Assembly (NCBI GenBank): GCA_005880805.1
Contig: VBFZ01000026.1
Span: 481-64,480 of the forward strand
DNA length: 64,000 bases
Direction: 5' to 3'
From: Chloroflexota bacterium
GTDB lineage: Bacteria; Chloroflexota; Limnocylindria; Limnocylindrales; CSP1-4
In this document: positions 27,185 to 36,798 of the stretch, piece by piece
How the letters are laid out: each line of letters starts with the position of its first letter
Numbering within the stretch: the first letter of the stretch is position 1
Position numbers and translations under genes: made by a program
Notes under the pieces: generated by a model
Databases searched by the model: none
Told to the model about the DNA's origin: nothing
The model's input: only the letters and a program-made list of their open reading frames with translations

Positions 27185-28110
27185 TCGTGACCGTCACCCC
27201 GAACCCGAGCATCGATCGGACGATCGCGATCGATGCTATCGAGCGAGGCGGGCTGATCCGGGCGCGGCGCGCCACGTCCGAGGCAGCGGGCAAGGGGCTC
27301 AACGTCTCGCGCGCTCTCGCCGAACAGGGCGTCGAAACGATCGCGGTGCTGCCGCTGGCATCGGACACGGCGGCGACCTACCTCGGTTTGCTGGCCGGTG
27401 CGATTCCGCTCCGGACCGTTGCGATCCCAGGGGCGGTTCGCACGAACGTCAGCCTCGTCGAGCCCGACGGGACCGTCACGAAGGTGAACGAGCCCGGCCC
27501 GATCCTTTCCGAGGCACAGGCGGAAGCGATCCTCGCCGCTGCAACGGACGCCACCCGCGAGGGTTGGATCGTGGGTTGTGGCTCTCTGCCGCCCGGGGCG
27601 CCTCTTGACTTCTACGCGCGGCTCGCAAGGCTTGCATCCAGCGATCGCCGAATCGCCGTCGACTCGAGCGGTGAGGCGCTCGCCGCCGCGGCCAGTGCAG
27701 GAGCTTCGTTGATCAAGCCGAACCTGTCGGAGCTGGAGACCATCGCCGGACGCAAGCTGACGACGCTCGGCGAGGCGGTCGACGCGGCTTGCGAGACGGT
27801 CGCGGCCGGCGTCGGATCCGTCCTGCTGAGCGTGGGCCGCCATGGCGCCGTCTGGGTAGCTTCGGGCGGAACGGTCGTCCACGCGGAGGCAGCGGTCCCG
27901 GACGCGGCCAACAACGTCGGCGCCGGGGACGCGCTGCTCGCCGGGTTCCTCGCGCGAGGCGCGGGGGCGCCCGCGCTGTCGGAGGCCGTTGCGTGGTCGA
28001 TCGCCGCCCTCCGCTCGCCGGGCACGCGCATGCTCCCGCTGACCGATGCCGATCGGCGGGCCGTGGTCGTGCACGATCGTGTCGACCGCGACAGAGTGCT
28101 GAGCGCATGA
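27181..28110 (+). CDS. PfkB-family sugar-phosphate kinase (1-phosphofructokinase / tagatose-6-P kinase-like)
   Basis: PfkB signature DAANNVGAGDALLAGFLA; N-terminal MIVTVTPNPSIDRT typical of FruK/LacC. Confidence 0.8.
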   Translation: MIVTVTPNPSIDRTIAIDAIERGGLIRARRATSEAAGKGLNVSRALAEQGVETIAVLPLASDTAATYLGLLAGAIPLRTVAIPGAVRTNVSLVEPDGTVTKVNEPGPILSEAQAEAILAAATDATREGWIVGCGSLPPGAPLDFYARLARLASSDRRIAVDSSGEALAAAASAGASLIKPNLSELETIAGRKLTTLGEAVDAACETVAAGVGSVLLSVGRHGAVWVASGGTVVHAEAAVPDAANNVGAGDALLAGFLARGAGAPALSEAVAWSIAALRSPGTRMLPLTDADRRAVVVHDRVDRDRVLSA

Positions 28111-29858
28111 CCACCGAAATCGCTCCAGGGCGAAGGGTCATCCAGGGGACGCCGGGCGCACCAGGAATCGCCCGCGGCCCATGGGCGCGTTTCGAGCCGG
28201 GCAGGGCGCCCGTGCAACGACAGATCCCTGCCGACCAGGTGGATGCCGAGGTCGGTCGACTGAGCGTCGCAGCCGAACTGGTTGCCGTCGCCGCCGAGAA
28301 GCTCGCGGAGGATGTCCGAAGTGGCGGCCACGGGGACGAGGCGGACATCTTCATCGCCCACGCCGCGATGGCCCGTGACCCGGCCCTGATCGACGCGGCC
28401 GCGAACCACATCCGGACCGGCCTGCTGGACGGGCCGGGCGCCATCCATGCGGCCTCGCGCTCGGTCGCTGACCTCCTCCTCGGCCTGGACGACGAGTTGC
28501 TTCGCGCGCGGGCAACCGACGTCGTCGACGTCGCGGACAGGATCGCGCGCGAGCTGGCCGGTGCGCCTGCCGCCGGAGTCAGCCTCACGGTGCCGTCGGT
28601 CGTGGTCGGCGAGGACCTGCCGCCATCGGTGACCGCGACGCTCCCGCGCGAGAAGATCCTGGGCCTTGCGCTCGAGGGCTCCTCGCCGACCGCGCACGCC
28701 TCGATCCTCGCTCGAGCGTACGGAATCCCTGCGGTGGTGGGCGTGAAGGGGCTGCTGGCGGCGCTCGCGGAGGCCGACGCGACCGTCGAGCTCCTGCTCG
28801 ACGGATCGAGCGGGGAGATCGTCATCGCGCCCGACGCCGCCGACGTCGCGCGCTTCAAGCAGCAGGCCGGACGGGCGGAGCAGGACCGCCGGCAGGCACG
28901 CGAGGAGGCGACGCTCCCGGCACAAACGACCGACGGCACGACGATCACGCTCCTGGCCAACATCGGAACGCCGGCGGACGCGACTGAAGCGATGGAGCTC
29001 GGCGCCCGCGGCGTCGGGCTGTTCCGCACCGAGTTCCTGTTCCTCGAGCGCTCGCAGCCGCCCTCCGAGGACGAGCAGGTCGCCGCATACGGGCAGGTTG
29101 CCGATGCGTTCGCGCCGCACCCGGTGACCGTCCGCCTGCTCGACATCGGCGGCGACAAGCCCATCCCGTACCTGTCGCTACCCGCAGAGCAGAACCCCTT
29201 CCTCGGAGTTCGCGCTCTCCGCCTGACGGATACGCACCCCGACCTGTTCCTGACCCAGCTCCGTGCCTGCTACCGCGCCGCCACCCGTGGCCGCATCAAG
29301 GTGATGGCTCCGATGGTGGCCGACGCCGGCGATGCGGCAACGCTGCGCGCGCTCGCGGAACGCGCCCGCGACGAGGTCGTCGCCGCGGGGCAGGACGCGG
29401 GCGAGGTCGACCTCGGGGTCATGCTCGAGATCCCGTCGGCGGTCCTGGTCGCCGACTCCTACTTCGACGACATCGAGTTCGCCAGCCTCGGGACGAACGA
29501 CCTGCTCCAGTACGCGCTGGCGGTCGATCGCGGCAACGCGGCCCTGGAGCGCTATCGCGATTCATTGCACCCGGCGCTGCTGCGGCTCGTCAAGCTGTCC
29601 GTCGATGCTGCGGCGCGCCACGGCATCGACCTGTCCGTCTGTGGAGAGATGGCGGGCGATCCGCTCGCGGCGCTCGCACTCGTCGCGCTCGGCATCCGAT
29701 GTCTGAGCATGGGTGCTCACAGCCTGCCCGCGGTGCGACGCGCGATCCGTGGGGCCTCCCTCACGGAGCTCGAGCGGGCGGCCGAGGCGGCGCTCGCTGC
29801 CACAAGTGCGGCAGAGGTCAGGGCGACGTTTGCGAAGCTCGTCGATACGGCGAGCTGA
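28107..29858 (+). CDS. ptsI: Phosphoenolpyruvate-protein phosphotransferase (PTS Enzyme I)
   Basis: GGxTSHAAIxARE-like region (EGSSPTAHASILARAYGIPAVVG), PEP-utilising C-terminal (GTNDLLQYALAVDR, CGEMAGDP); ATGA overlap with the kinase. Confidence 0.85.
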   Translation: MTTEIAPGRRVIQGTPGAPGIARGPWARFEPGRAPVQRQIPADQVDAEVGRLSVAAELVAVAAEKLAEDVRSGGHGDEADIFIAHAAMARDPALIDAAANHIRTGLLDGPGAIHAASRSVADLLLGLDDELLRARATDVVDVADRIARELAGAPAAGVSLTVPSVVVGEDLPPSVTATLPREKILGLALEGSSPTAHASILARAYGIPAVVGVKGLLAALAEADATVELLLDGSSGEIVIAPDAADVARFKQQAGRAEQDRRQAREEATLPAQTTDGTTITLLANIGTPADATEAMELGARGVGLFRTEFLFLERSQPPSEDEQVAAYGQVADAFAPHPVTVRLLDIGGDKPIPYLSLPAEQNPFLGVRALRLTDTHPDLFLTQLRACYRAATRGRIKVMAPMVADAGDAATLRALAERARDEVVAAGQDAGEVDLGVMLEIPSAVLVADSYFDDIEFASLGTNDLLQYALAVDRGNAALERYRDSLHPALLRLVKLSVDAAARHGIDLSVCGEMAGDPLAALALVALGIRCLSMGAHSLPAVRRAIRGASLTELERAAEAALAATSAAEVRATFAKLVDTAS

Positions 29859-29901
29859 CTGCCTCACCCCGATGGCTGGCGCCCCTGCGCGACCCGACGG
29901 C

Positions 29902-30351
29902 CTAACGCGGGCGACCGGCTCGAAGCGCCTCCACAGACTTCGCCAGGCGTCGCCCTCGGGTCTCGTCGGTCTTCGCGCCTTCGAGCTGCAGCACGTGCCA
30001 CGACTTGTTGCTGTAGGAGAGGGCGTCGAAGGTCGCGCGAGCCTTGGGGTCAGCATCCAGGGCAGTGCTGAGATCGGCTGGCACCGACACTTCGCGCGGC
30101 GCCGTATCGAGCTCGATGTCGACGTCGACCTCGTCGCCGCCGGCGACGCCGGCACCCACCCGATTGTCGGCATTGACGCCGACCATGTACTCGCTGCCCA
30201 TGACCGCAATCGTGCTGCGGTAGGTGTAGCCGCTGATCGTCACGCGGACTGGTGGCCGCCGGCCGGCGCCCAGCGCCTCCACGACCTCATCCGGGACGCG
30301 GATGCCGGTGGCGGTCTTGCCGGCCTGCAGGATGGTCGTGTGGAACCGCAT
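29902..30351 (-). CDS. DUF1905 + YdeI/OmpD-associated family protein
   Basis: MRFHTTILQAGKTATGIRVPDEVVEALGAGRRPPVRVTISGYTYRSTIA pattern. Confidence 0.55.
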   Translation of the reverse strand: MRFHTTILQAGKTATGIRVPDEVVEALGAGRRPPVRVTISGYTYRSTIAVMGSEYMVGVNADNRVGAGVAGGDEVDVDIELDTAPREVSVPADLSTALDADPKARATFDALSYSNKSWHVLQLEGAKTDETRGRRLAKSVEALRAGRPR

Positions 30352-30360
30352 CGGTCGCCG

Positions 30361-31155
30361 TCAGCCGTTGAAGAACTCGGCGAGGACGGGCGCAAGCACG
30401 GCCGGATCGACGTTATGGCCCTGCCCATCGAGGAACCGGACCTGGCCGTGGGGCAGCGCGTCGGCGAGCGCCTGCGCGGTCTCGCGCATCCACGGGAAGT
30501 CGGCGCCCCCGGCGACCACCAGTGTCGGCGTGCCGATCGCCTTGGCCCACTCGAGCGGGAGCGAATAGTCGCCCATGATCGTGGCGTCGTACGCAAGCGT
30601 GTGGGCGATCTTCTCCTGGCCGGCCCAGAACGGCTGCGTTCGGGCGTACGCGACGAAGTCGGCCGGCATCCCGATCACCTTCGTCATGAAGTACTCCACC
30701 GCGTCGCCGCGGCGACCCTCCGAAATCATCCGGTCGTACTGCTCGACCTGGTCGGCCGGTGGACGCGCCTTGGGGTCCTGGATGAACGGCGGCTCCCACA
30801 TCGCGAGCCTGCTGATCCGGTTGCCGAGCCGTCCGGCCGCTTCCAGTGCCAGGACGGCGCCCGAGGACGAGCCCCAGAGGAAGGCCGAGCCGCCGGCGGC
30901 AGCGACGACCGCGTCGATGTCCTCGACCTCGCGGGCAACCGCGTAGGGCAGCGTGTCGCCGCTATCGCCCCGACCGCGGCGGTCGTAGTTGTAGATGGTG
31001 AACTGAGGCGCCAGCTGCTCGGCGAGTCCGACGTTCGCCCCGCGGTCGGTCGACCCGCCGCAGACGAGGATCAAGGGCCGGCCCGAGCCGAGCTTGTCGA
31101 AGGCGATCGTCGTGCCGTCTGCCGAGGTGACCTTGTTGAGTGTGGCGTTGTCCAT
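30361..31155 (-). CDS. Alpha/beta-fold hydrolase
   Basis: LVCGGSTD..., nucleophile elbow GSSSG, C-terminal His region. Confidence 0.8.
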   Translation of the reverse strand: MDNATLNKVTSADGTTIAFDKLGSGRPLILVCGGSTDRGANVGLAEQLAPQFTIYNYDRRGRGDSGDTLPYAVAREVEDIDAVVAAAGGSAFLWGSSSGAVLALEAAGRLGNRISRLAMWEPPFIQDPKARPPADQVEQYDRMISEGRRGDAVEYFMTKVIGMPADFVAYARTQPFWAGQEKIAHTLAYDATIMGDYSLPLEWAKAIGTPTLVVAGGADFPWMRETAQALADALPHGQVRFLDGQGHNVDPAVLAPVLAEFFNG

Positions 31156-31202
31156 CGCGGTTCTCCGATCGTGGCTGGTTCTTGCTGGGTCGAGCGGCCG
31201 GC

Positions 31203-31949
31203 TCAGGCGAAGGCCTCGTCAAACCACGACTGCCAGGCCTGCCTGGTCGCGTCGGCGTCGATGCCGTCCAGGTAGATGTGGTGGCCGAGGAACGCCACCT
31301 TCTGGGGGGTGTGCAGGAAACGGTACAGCGCATCGTCGGTGCGCACCCCGATGATTCCTGGTGACCGGAAGTCGACCACGCCGTCGATCGGCGGCAGTCC
31401 CCTCGGAGCCGCCTGGACCCGGTCGCCCTCCTGAGGGTCGGCCGGCAGGCCGAGTGCTTTACCGAAGGCCGCCAGTGTCCGCTCGCGATCGGGTTCGTCC
31501 GGCCGCCACAGCGAGAGGACGATCGGCCGCCGTCCGCGGAAGTACTTCACGTACTGCCCGAGCTGGTGGAGGTACATGAAGTCGCCCTCGCTCAGCGAGT
31601 CGTACTCCGTTTCCCAATCGCCGCCCAGGAAGCCGCTGTGCACGAGCCGGACGAGGGTCCTGCCCCCTCGCCCCTCGATGACGTACTCCATTGCGTGCAG
31701 CGACCCGTCCGGTGCTGCGTCGCCCTTGTGCGCGAAATGCCGCGGCGGGTCCCACGCGGTGACCGTGGATCCGCCGCTGCCGGCATCGCCGAAGTCGAGG
31801 AGCACGCGGCCGCCCTCGCGAGGCTCCACCTCGTTCCCGGTCCCGAGGAACCAGCCGTCGATCCCCTTTCCGGTGGCGATCGCCTCCCAGATCTCCTCCG
31901 GGCTGGCATCGATCTCGATCTCCTTGCGGACTTCGAACGGGTGGGCCAT
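31203..31949 (-). CDS. SRPBCC-superfamily protein (AHSA1/Aha1-like)
   Basis: Start MAHPFEVRKEIEIDASPEEIWEAIAT... with AAGGAG RBS; the listed N-terminal extension was rejected. Confidence 0.65.
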   Translation of the reverse strand: MAHPFEVRKEIEIDASPEEIWEAIATGKGIDGWFLGTGNEVEPREGGRVLLDFGDAGSGGSTVTAWDPPRHFAHKGDAAPDGSLHAMEYVIEGRGGRTLVRLVHSGFLGGDWETEYDSLSEGDFMYLHQLGQYVKYFRGRRPIVLSLWRPDEPDRERTLAAFGKALGLPADPQEGDRVQAAPRGLPPIDGVVDFRSPGIIGVRTDDALYRFLHTPQKVAFLGHHIYLDGIDADATRQAWQSWFDEAFA

Positions 31950-31950
31950 G

Positions 31951-32547
31951 TCAGGACTCCTTCGTTTCCCGCGTGATGCTCGGGTGGATCGCCACGACCA
32001 GGCGATGGTCGCGGCCGCGCGCTGCCGTCTGGTCGTGGTATCTGGCCACGAGCGCCGTGACGGACTGGGCGAGCTCGTCCGCAAATGCCGCGCGATCGGC
32101 GGCGGTTGCGAAGCGGATCTCGCTGTCCATGGCGAATGTCGCGACCCGCTGGCGGGCGCGGACCCCACCGCTGATCAACGCGCCCACGTCACGCACGAGC
32201 CGAGCCGCGAGGGCGAGCAGCCAGAACGCGGACAGGCGGTCGGGCGAACGCGCAGGATCGGGCTGGACGGAGCCGAGGGCCGCCGGCGAGATCACGTATG
32301 AGGCCGCCGTAGCGCGCATGACGCGCTCGGTCACGTTGCCCTTGCGGCGCTCCTCGACGAGATCGACCAGGCCGTGCCTCTCCAGCGCCCTCAGGTGGTA
32401 GTTCACCTGCTGGCGGGGCAGGCCAACCCTCGTCGCGAGGGTGGTCGCTGAGGCGGGCTCGGCGAGCGCTGCAAGGAGGCGCGAACGGATCGGGTCCAGG
32501 GATGCCTCCGCCGCGGCGGCGTTCTCGATCACTCCCACGTCCAGCAT
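31951..32547 (-). CDS. ArsR/SmtB-family HTH transcriptional regulator
   Basis: IRSRLLAALAE...TLATRVGLPRQQVNYHLRALERHGLV; stop lies 1 nt from the AHSA1 start (operon pair). Confidence 0.7.
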   Translation of the reverse strand: MLDVGVIENAAAAEASLDPIRSRLLAALAEPASATTLATRVGLPRQQVNYHLRALERHGLVDLVEERRKGNVTERVMRATAASYVISPAALGSVQPDPARSPDRLSAFWLLALAARLVRDVGALISGGVRARQRVATFAMDSEIRFATAADRAAFADELAQSVTALVARYHDQTAARGRDHRLVVAIHPSITRETKES

Positions 32548-32565
32548 ACGACCCACTTTGCCACC

Positions 32566-32581
32566 GACAATATTTGTTGTC
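32566..32581. promoter_or_regulatory. AT-rich inverted repeat GACAAtatttgTTGTC, nested in CCACCG...CGGTGG, 19 bp upstream of the ArsR-family gene; candidate operator
   Basis: Read directly; the only AT-rich patch in this GC-rich region. Confidence 0.3.
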
Positions 32582-32917
32582 AAGACAAGATTCCTATTCG
32601 GTGGTAAGGTCCTCGCTCCGCCACTGCCGGAAGAAAGACGGAGGCGCCAGCCCCTCGCCGGCGCCACTGGTTGGACGAGGTTCGCGATGAAAACTCATCG
32701 GCGGTCTTGCCGCTACAGCCATGCGGGTCGCCTGCCCGGGCTCGCTTGTCCGCAATATCTGCACCAGCAATATTCGCGAATCGAGAGCTGTGGCCGAGGG
32801 GATCCACCGGCCTCTCGGGGCTTGTCGGTACCATGTCCGCCTTCGTCCCCGGCCCGCGCGCTTACGCGCCCGTGCCGCTGAGCCGCGCGAACCACACCGT
32901 GTTCAAGGGGGAAGCCC

Positions 32918-33970
32918 ATGACTGAACTCGTTCTCGATCCAACCGTCGGCGATTCCACCAGCGGTGCCCCGGCTGACCTGGGCGCCCGGCTCGAGGCGCA
33001 TCGCATTGAGCTCACCGGGCATTGCTACCGGATGCTCGGCTCGGCGTTCGAGGCGGAGGATGCGGTGCAGGAGACCTTCGTCCGGGCCTGGCGCGCCTAC
33101 GACCAGTTCGAGGGCCGAGCGGCCCTTCGCTCCTGGCTCTACCGCATCGCGACGAACGTTTGCATCGACATGCTGAGCAGCCCGCAGCGTCGGGCCCGGC
33201 CGATGGACCTGGGTGGGCCCGGAACGGCCGACGGCCCGCTCGGCACGCCGCTTGTAGAGAACGCCTGGATCGAGCCCGTCCCCGACAGCCGCACGGTTCC
33301 GACCGCCGGCGATCCGGCCGAGCTTGCAGTGGCCCGCGAGAGCATCCGCCTCGCGTTCGTGGCCGCGCTCCAGCGATTGCCGGCTCGGCAGCGTGCGGTC
33401 CTGATCCTCCGCGAGGTCCTGCACTGGAGGGCCGACGAGGTCGCCGAGCTGCTGGAGACCACGGTCGCCTCGGTCAACAGCGCCCTGCAGCGCGCCCGGG
33501 CCACGCTGGCCTCCCGGAACGAGGCCATCCAGCACTCGCCCGGCAACGACACAGGTGACGCGTCCGAGGCGCTGAGCGACGAGGACCGAAAGCTGCTGGC
33601 CCGCTACGTCGATGCGTTCGAGCGCTACGACATGGACGCGTTGACGTCGCTGCTTCGCGAAGACGCCGTGTGGAACATGCCGCCCTACGAGCTGTGGCTC
33701 CAGACGCACCTCGACATCCGCCGCTGGTGCCTTGGGCCGGGCATCGGTTGCCGCGGCTCGCGGCTCATCCCGACGATGGCGAACGGCTCGCCGGCTTTCG
33801 GCCAGTTCAAGCCCGCACCTGACGGGGGCCTCGAGCCGTGGTCGCTGCAGGTACTCGAGATCTCAGGTGGCGAGATCACCGGCATCACGTTCTTCCTGGA
33901 CACCGCCCGGTTCTTTCCCTTGTTCGGTTTGCCGTCCCGCCTCGACCTGCCGTCCCGCCTCGAGAGCTGA
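32918..33970 (+). CDS. ECF sigma factor with C-terminal SnoaL-like (NTF2) domain
   Basis: Region 2 [15 protein letters not shown], region 4 [25 protein letters not shown], then an NTF2-like C terminus; ends in a duplicated [12 protein letters not shown]. Confidence 0.8.
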   Translation: MTELVLDPTVGDSTSGAPADLGARLEAHRIELTGHCYRMLGSAFEAEDAVQETFVRAWRAYDQFEGRAALRSWLYRIATNVCIDMLSSPQRRARPMDLGGPGTADGPLGTPLVENAWIEPVPDSRTVPTAGDPAELAVARESIRLAFVAALQRLPARQRAVLILREVLHWRADEVAELLETTVASVNSALQRARATLASRNEAIQHSPGNDTGDASEALSDEDRKLLARYVDAFERYDMDALTSLLREDAVWNMPPYELWLQTHLDIRRWCLGPGIGCRGSRLIPTMANGSPAFGQFKPAPDGGLEPWSLQVLEISGGEITGITFFLDTARFFPLFGLPSRLDLPSRLES

Positions 33971-34249
33971 AAGCGCTGCCGTCCGGAGCACATCGCCGAG
34001 CCCGGTCAGAGTGAGCAGCTCCCGGAGATCGGGCGACGTACCGCGCAGGCAGACCCGCCGATCGAGCCGCCGTGCGGAGAGCGCCAGGCGGGCCAGGGTG
34101 TTGATCGTTCCGAGGTCAGGCCGAAGGAGCGCGCCCACGTCGCACTCGATGAAGCTGTCGTCGAAGCGCACCTGCAGGCACGGATAGATGGCCGCGACGG
34201 CATCGGCGGCGTCGGCCTCCTGGTGGGTCAAGGACCCTCCTTTCCACAC
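33863..34249 (-). CDS. STAS-domain protein (anti-sigma-factor antagonist-like)
   Basis: ...[52 protein letters not shown]; the 3' end overlaps the sigma-factor gene convergently by ~108 bp. Confidence 0.5.
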   Translation of the reverse strand: MWKGGSLTHQEADAADAVAAIYPCLQVRFDDSFIECDVGALLRPDLGTINTLARLALSARRLDRRVCLRGTSPDLRELLTLTGLGDVLRTAALSALEAGRQVEAGRQTEQGKEPGGVQEERDAGDLAT

Positions 34250-34354
34250 GTTGACTGCCCGGCGGCTGCAAATTCATCGACCGGTAACGCGCCGATGAAT
34301 TCAGGGACCTCGAGGGGTCATACGGTCGAAACAGACGATCGACAGGAGCTTCTC

Positions 34355-35752
34355 GTGCAGACGTCACCAGCCCGCCCCTCCGCCGTCTCGATCCCCGAAC
34401 TGCGCGCCGCAGTCAGGGGGCGCGTGATCGCGCCCGGGGATCCCGAATACGACACCGCCCGATCCCTGTTCTATGGCGGCATGGACCGCCATCCCGCCGC
34501 GCTCGTCCGCGTCGCCGACAGCGCGGACGTGTCCCGCGTCGTGACTCTCGCCCGCGACTCAGGATCGGACCTGGCCGTGCGGAGCGGCGGCCACAGCTCG
34601 GTCGGCCACAGCGTCTGGGACAGCTCGATCGTGGTCGATCTGGCCGAGCTCAAGGGACTCGACATCGACCCGAGCGCGCGGACGGCGTGGGCCGGGACCG
34701 GTCTGACGGCCGTCGAGTACAGCACCTCCGCCGCGGCCCACGGACTCGGCACGGGATTCGGCGACACAGGCTCGGTGGGCATCGGCGGGATCACGCTCGG
34801 CGGCGGGGTCGGCTACCTCGCCCGCAAGCACGGCCTGACGATCGATTCGCTGCTGGCGGCAGACGTGGTCACCGCGGACGGCCAGCTCCTGCGAACGGAC
34901 GCAGACAACCACCCCGATCTGTTCTGGGCGATCCGCGGAGGCGGTGGCAACTTCGGCGTGGCGACGCGCTTCCAGTACCGGCTGCACGACGTCAGCGGGT
35001 TCGTCGGCGGGATGCTGATGCTGCCGGCCGATGCGAACGTCGTGGCGTCCTTCATCGAGGCGGCTGAGGCCGCGCCTGAGGAGCTGACGACGATCGCCAA
35101 CGTCATGCCGGCGCCGCCGATGCCTTTCCTGCCCGCGGAACACTACGGGCGGCTGGTCGTGATGGCACTCATGGCGTGGACGGGCAACCCGGAGGCCGGC
35201 AACCGGGCGATGGCGCCATTCCGGGCGCTCGCCGAGCCCATCGTCGACATGGTCCAGGCCATGCCCTATCCGCAGATCTACCCGCCCGAGGACGTGTCGT
35301 ACCACCCGACGGCCGTGGGAAGGACGATGTTCGTCGACTCGATGGACCGCGACGTGGCGGCGACGATCGTCGACTATCTCGAAGGTTCTGACGCATCGCT
35401 GCGGGCTACCCAGCTGCGCGTCCTGGGCGGCGCGGTGTCCCGTGTGCCCGCCGGTGCGACGGCCTACGCTCATCGGGCGAGCCGGATCATGGTCAACCTC
35501 GCAGCGTTCTACGAGGGCCCGGAGGATCGCGGGGTTCGGGATGCCTGGGTCGCACGATTCGCGGCCGCGCTGCGCCAGGGAGACGAGGGGGCCTACGTCA
35601 ATTTCCTGAACGACGAGGGCGGGGATCGGGTGCGTGCGGCGTATCCGGGCGCCACCTGGGATCGCCTGTCCGCGATCAAGGCCCGGTACGATCCCACCAA
35701 CCTGTTTCACCTGAACCAGAACATCCCGCCGGCCTCAATGGCCGCGCGGTGA
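34355..35752 (+). CDS. FAD-linked oxidase, berberine-bridge-enzyme-like (paralog 3)
   Basis: AVRSGGHS, GIGGITLGGGVGY, C-terminal WDRLSAIKARYDPTNLFHLNQNI; GTG 34355 sits 7 nt after GGAG (ORF open from 34223). Confidence 0.8.
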   Translation: MQTSPARPSAVSIPELRAAVRGRVIAPGDPEYDTARSLFYGGMDRHPAALVRVADSADVSRVVTLARDSGSDLAVRSGGHSSVGHSVWDSSIVVDLAELKGLDIDPSARTAWAGTGLTAVEYSTSAAAHGLGTGFGDTGSVGIGGITLGGGVGYLARKHGLTIDSLLAADVVTADGQLLRTDADNHPDLFWAIRGGGGNFGVATRFQYRLHDVSGFVGGMLMLPADANVVASFIEAAEAAPEELTTIANVMPAPPMPFLPAEHYGRLVVMALMAWTGNPEAGNRAMAPFRALAEPIVDMVQAMPYPQIYPPEDVSYHPTAVGRTMFVDSMDRDVAATIVDYLEGSDASLRATQLRVLGGAVSRVPAGATAYAHRASRIMVNLAAFYEGPEDRGVRDAWVARFAAALRQGDEGAYVNFLNDEGGDRVRAAYPGATWDRLSAIKARYDPTNLFHLNQNIPPASMAAR

Positions 35753-36798
35753 AAGGGGGGCTTGAGATAGCAGCCGTCGCAAACGGCCACGCGATCAGCG
35801 CCGAGGGGCTGGTCAAGGTCTATCGTTCCAGGAAGAGTGAGGTGCGGGCCCTCGACGGTCTCGACCTGGCCGTCGACTACGGCACGGTGCTCGGACTTCT
35901 CGGGCCGAACGGCGCCGGCAAGACGACCGCGGTCCGCATCCTGACGACCCTCCTGCGGCCCGACGCCGGCCGGGCCAGCGTGGCCGGACTCGACGTCGTC
36001 CGGGACGCGCAGGCCCTCCGCTGCCAGATCGGCCTGTCCGGGCAGTACGCGGCGGTGGACGACAACCTGACCGGCCGCGAAAACCTGTGGCTGTTCGGGC
36101 GGCTCTACCAGCTGCCGTCATCGGACGCGCGGATGCGTGCCGACGACCTGCTCGAACGCTTCGAGCTGTCCGACGCGGCCGACCGGACCGTCAAGACGTA
36201 CTCGGGCGGCATGCGCAGGCGACTCGACCTGGCCAGCGCCCTGATCGGCCGGCCGCGGCTGCTGTTTCTCGACGAGCCGACCACGGGTCTCGACCCGCGC
36301 AGCCGGCTCGGGATGTGGGACGTGATTCGAGGCCTCGTCCGGGAGGGAGTGACGCTTCTCCTCACGACGCAGTACCTCGAGGAGGCGGACGAGCTGGCCG
36401 ACACGATCGCGGTCGTCGACCACGGCCGGATCATCGCGCGAGGAACCGCGGACGAGCTCAAGTCACAGGTCGGAGGCGAGCGGATCGAGGTCGTGGTCCA
36501 CGACCCGGGGGCGATGACGCGCGCCGGCGAGCTGCTGAGCGGCGACCATGGCGGCGACGTCAACATGGACCAGCACACGCGGCGCCTCACCGTGCCTGCC
36601 CACCGCGGCGTGGACGGTCTTGTTCAGGTCGTGCGCGACTTCGACGGGGCGGGGATCAAGATCGACGACATCGCACTCCGGCGGCCGACCCTCGACGACG
36701 TGTTCCTGTCGCTCACGGGGCACGCGGTGGAGCGTGCCGAGGCCGAGGAGGATGGGACAAGCGCGGCGGCGCCCGCTGCCGCGGGGAGGACGACATGA
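35749..36798 (+). CDS. ABC-2-type exporter ATP-binding protein (DrrA-like)
   Basis: Walker A GPNGAGKTT, signature YSGGMRRRLDLA, Walker [13 protein letters not shown]; GTG overlaps the oxidase stop (GTGA). Confidence 0.85.
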   Translation: MKGGLEIAAVANGHAISAEGLVKVYRSRKSEVRALDGLDLAVDYGTVLGLLGPNGAGKTTAVRILTTLLRPDAGRASVAGLDVVRDAQALRCQIGLSGQYAAVDDNLTGRENLWLFGRLYQLPSSDARMRADDLLERFELSDAADRTVKTYSGGMRRRLDLASALIGRPRLLFLDEPTTGLDPRSRLGMWDVIRGLVREGVTLLLTTQYLEEADELADTIAVVDHGRIIARGTADELKSQVGGERIEVVVHDPGAMTRAGELLSGDHGGDVNMDQHTRRLTVPAHRGVDGLVQVVRDFDGAGIKIDDIALRRPTLDDVFLSLTGHAVERAEAEEDGTSAAAPAAAGRTT

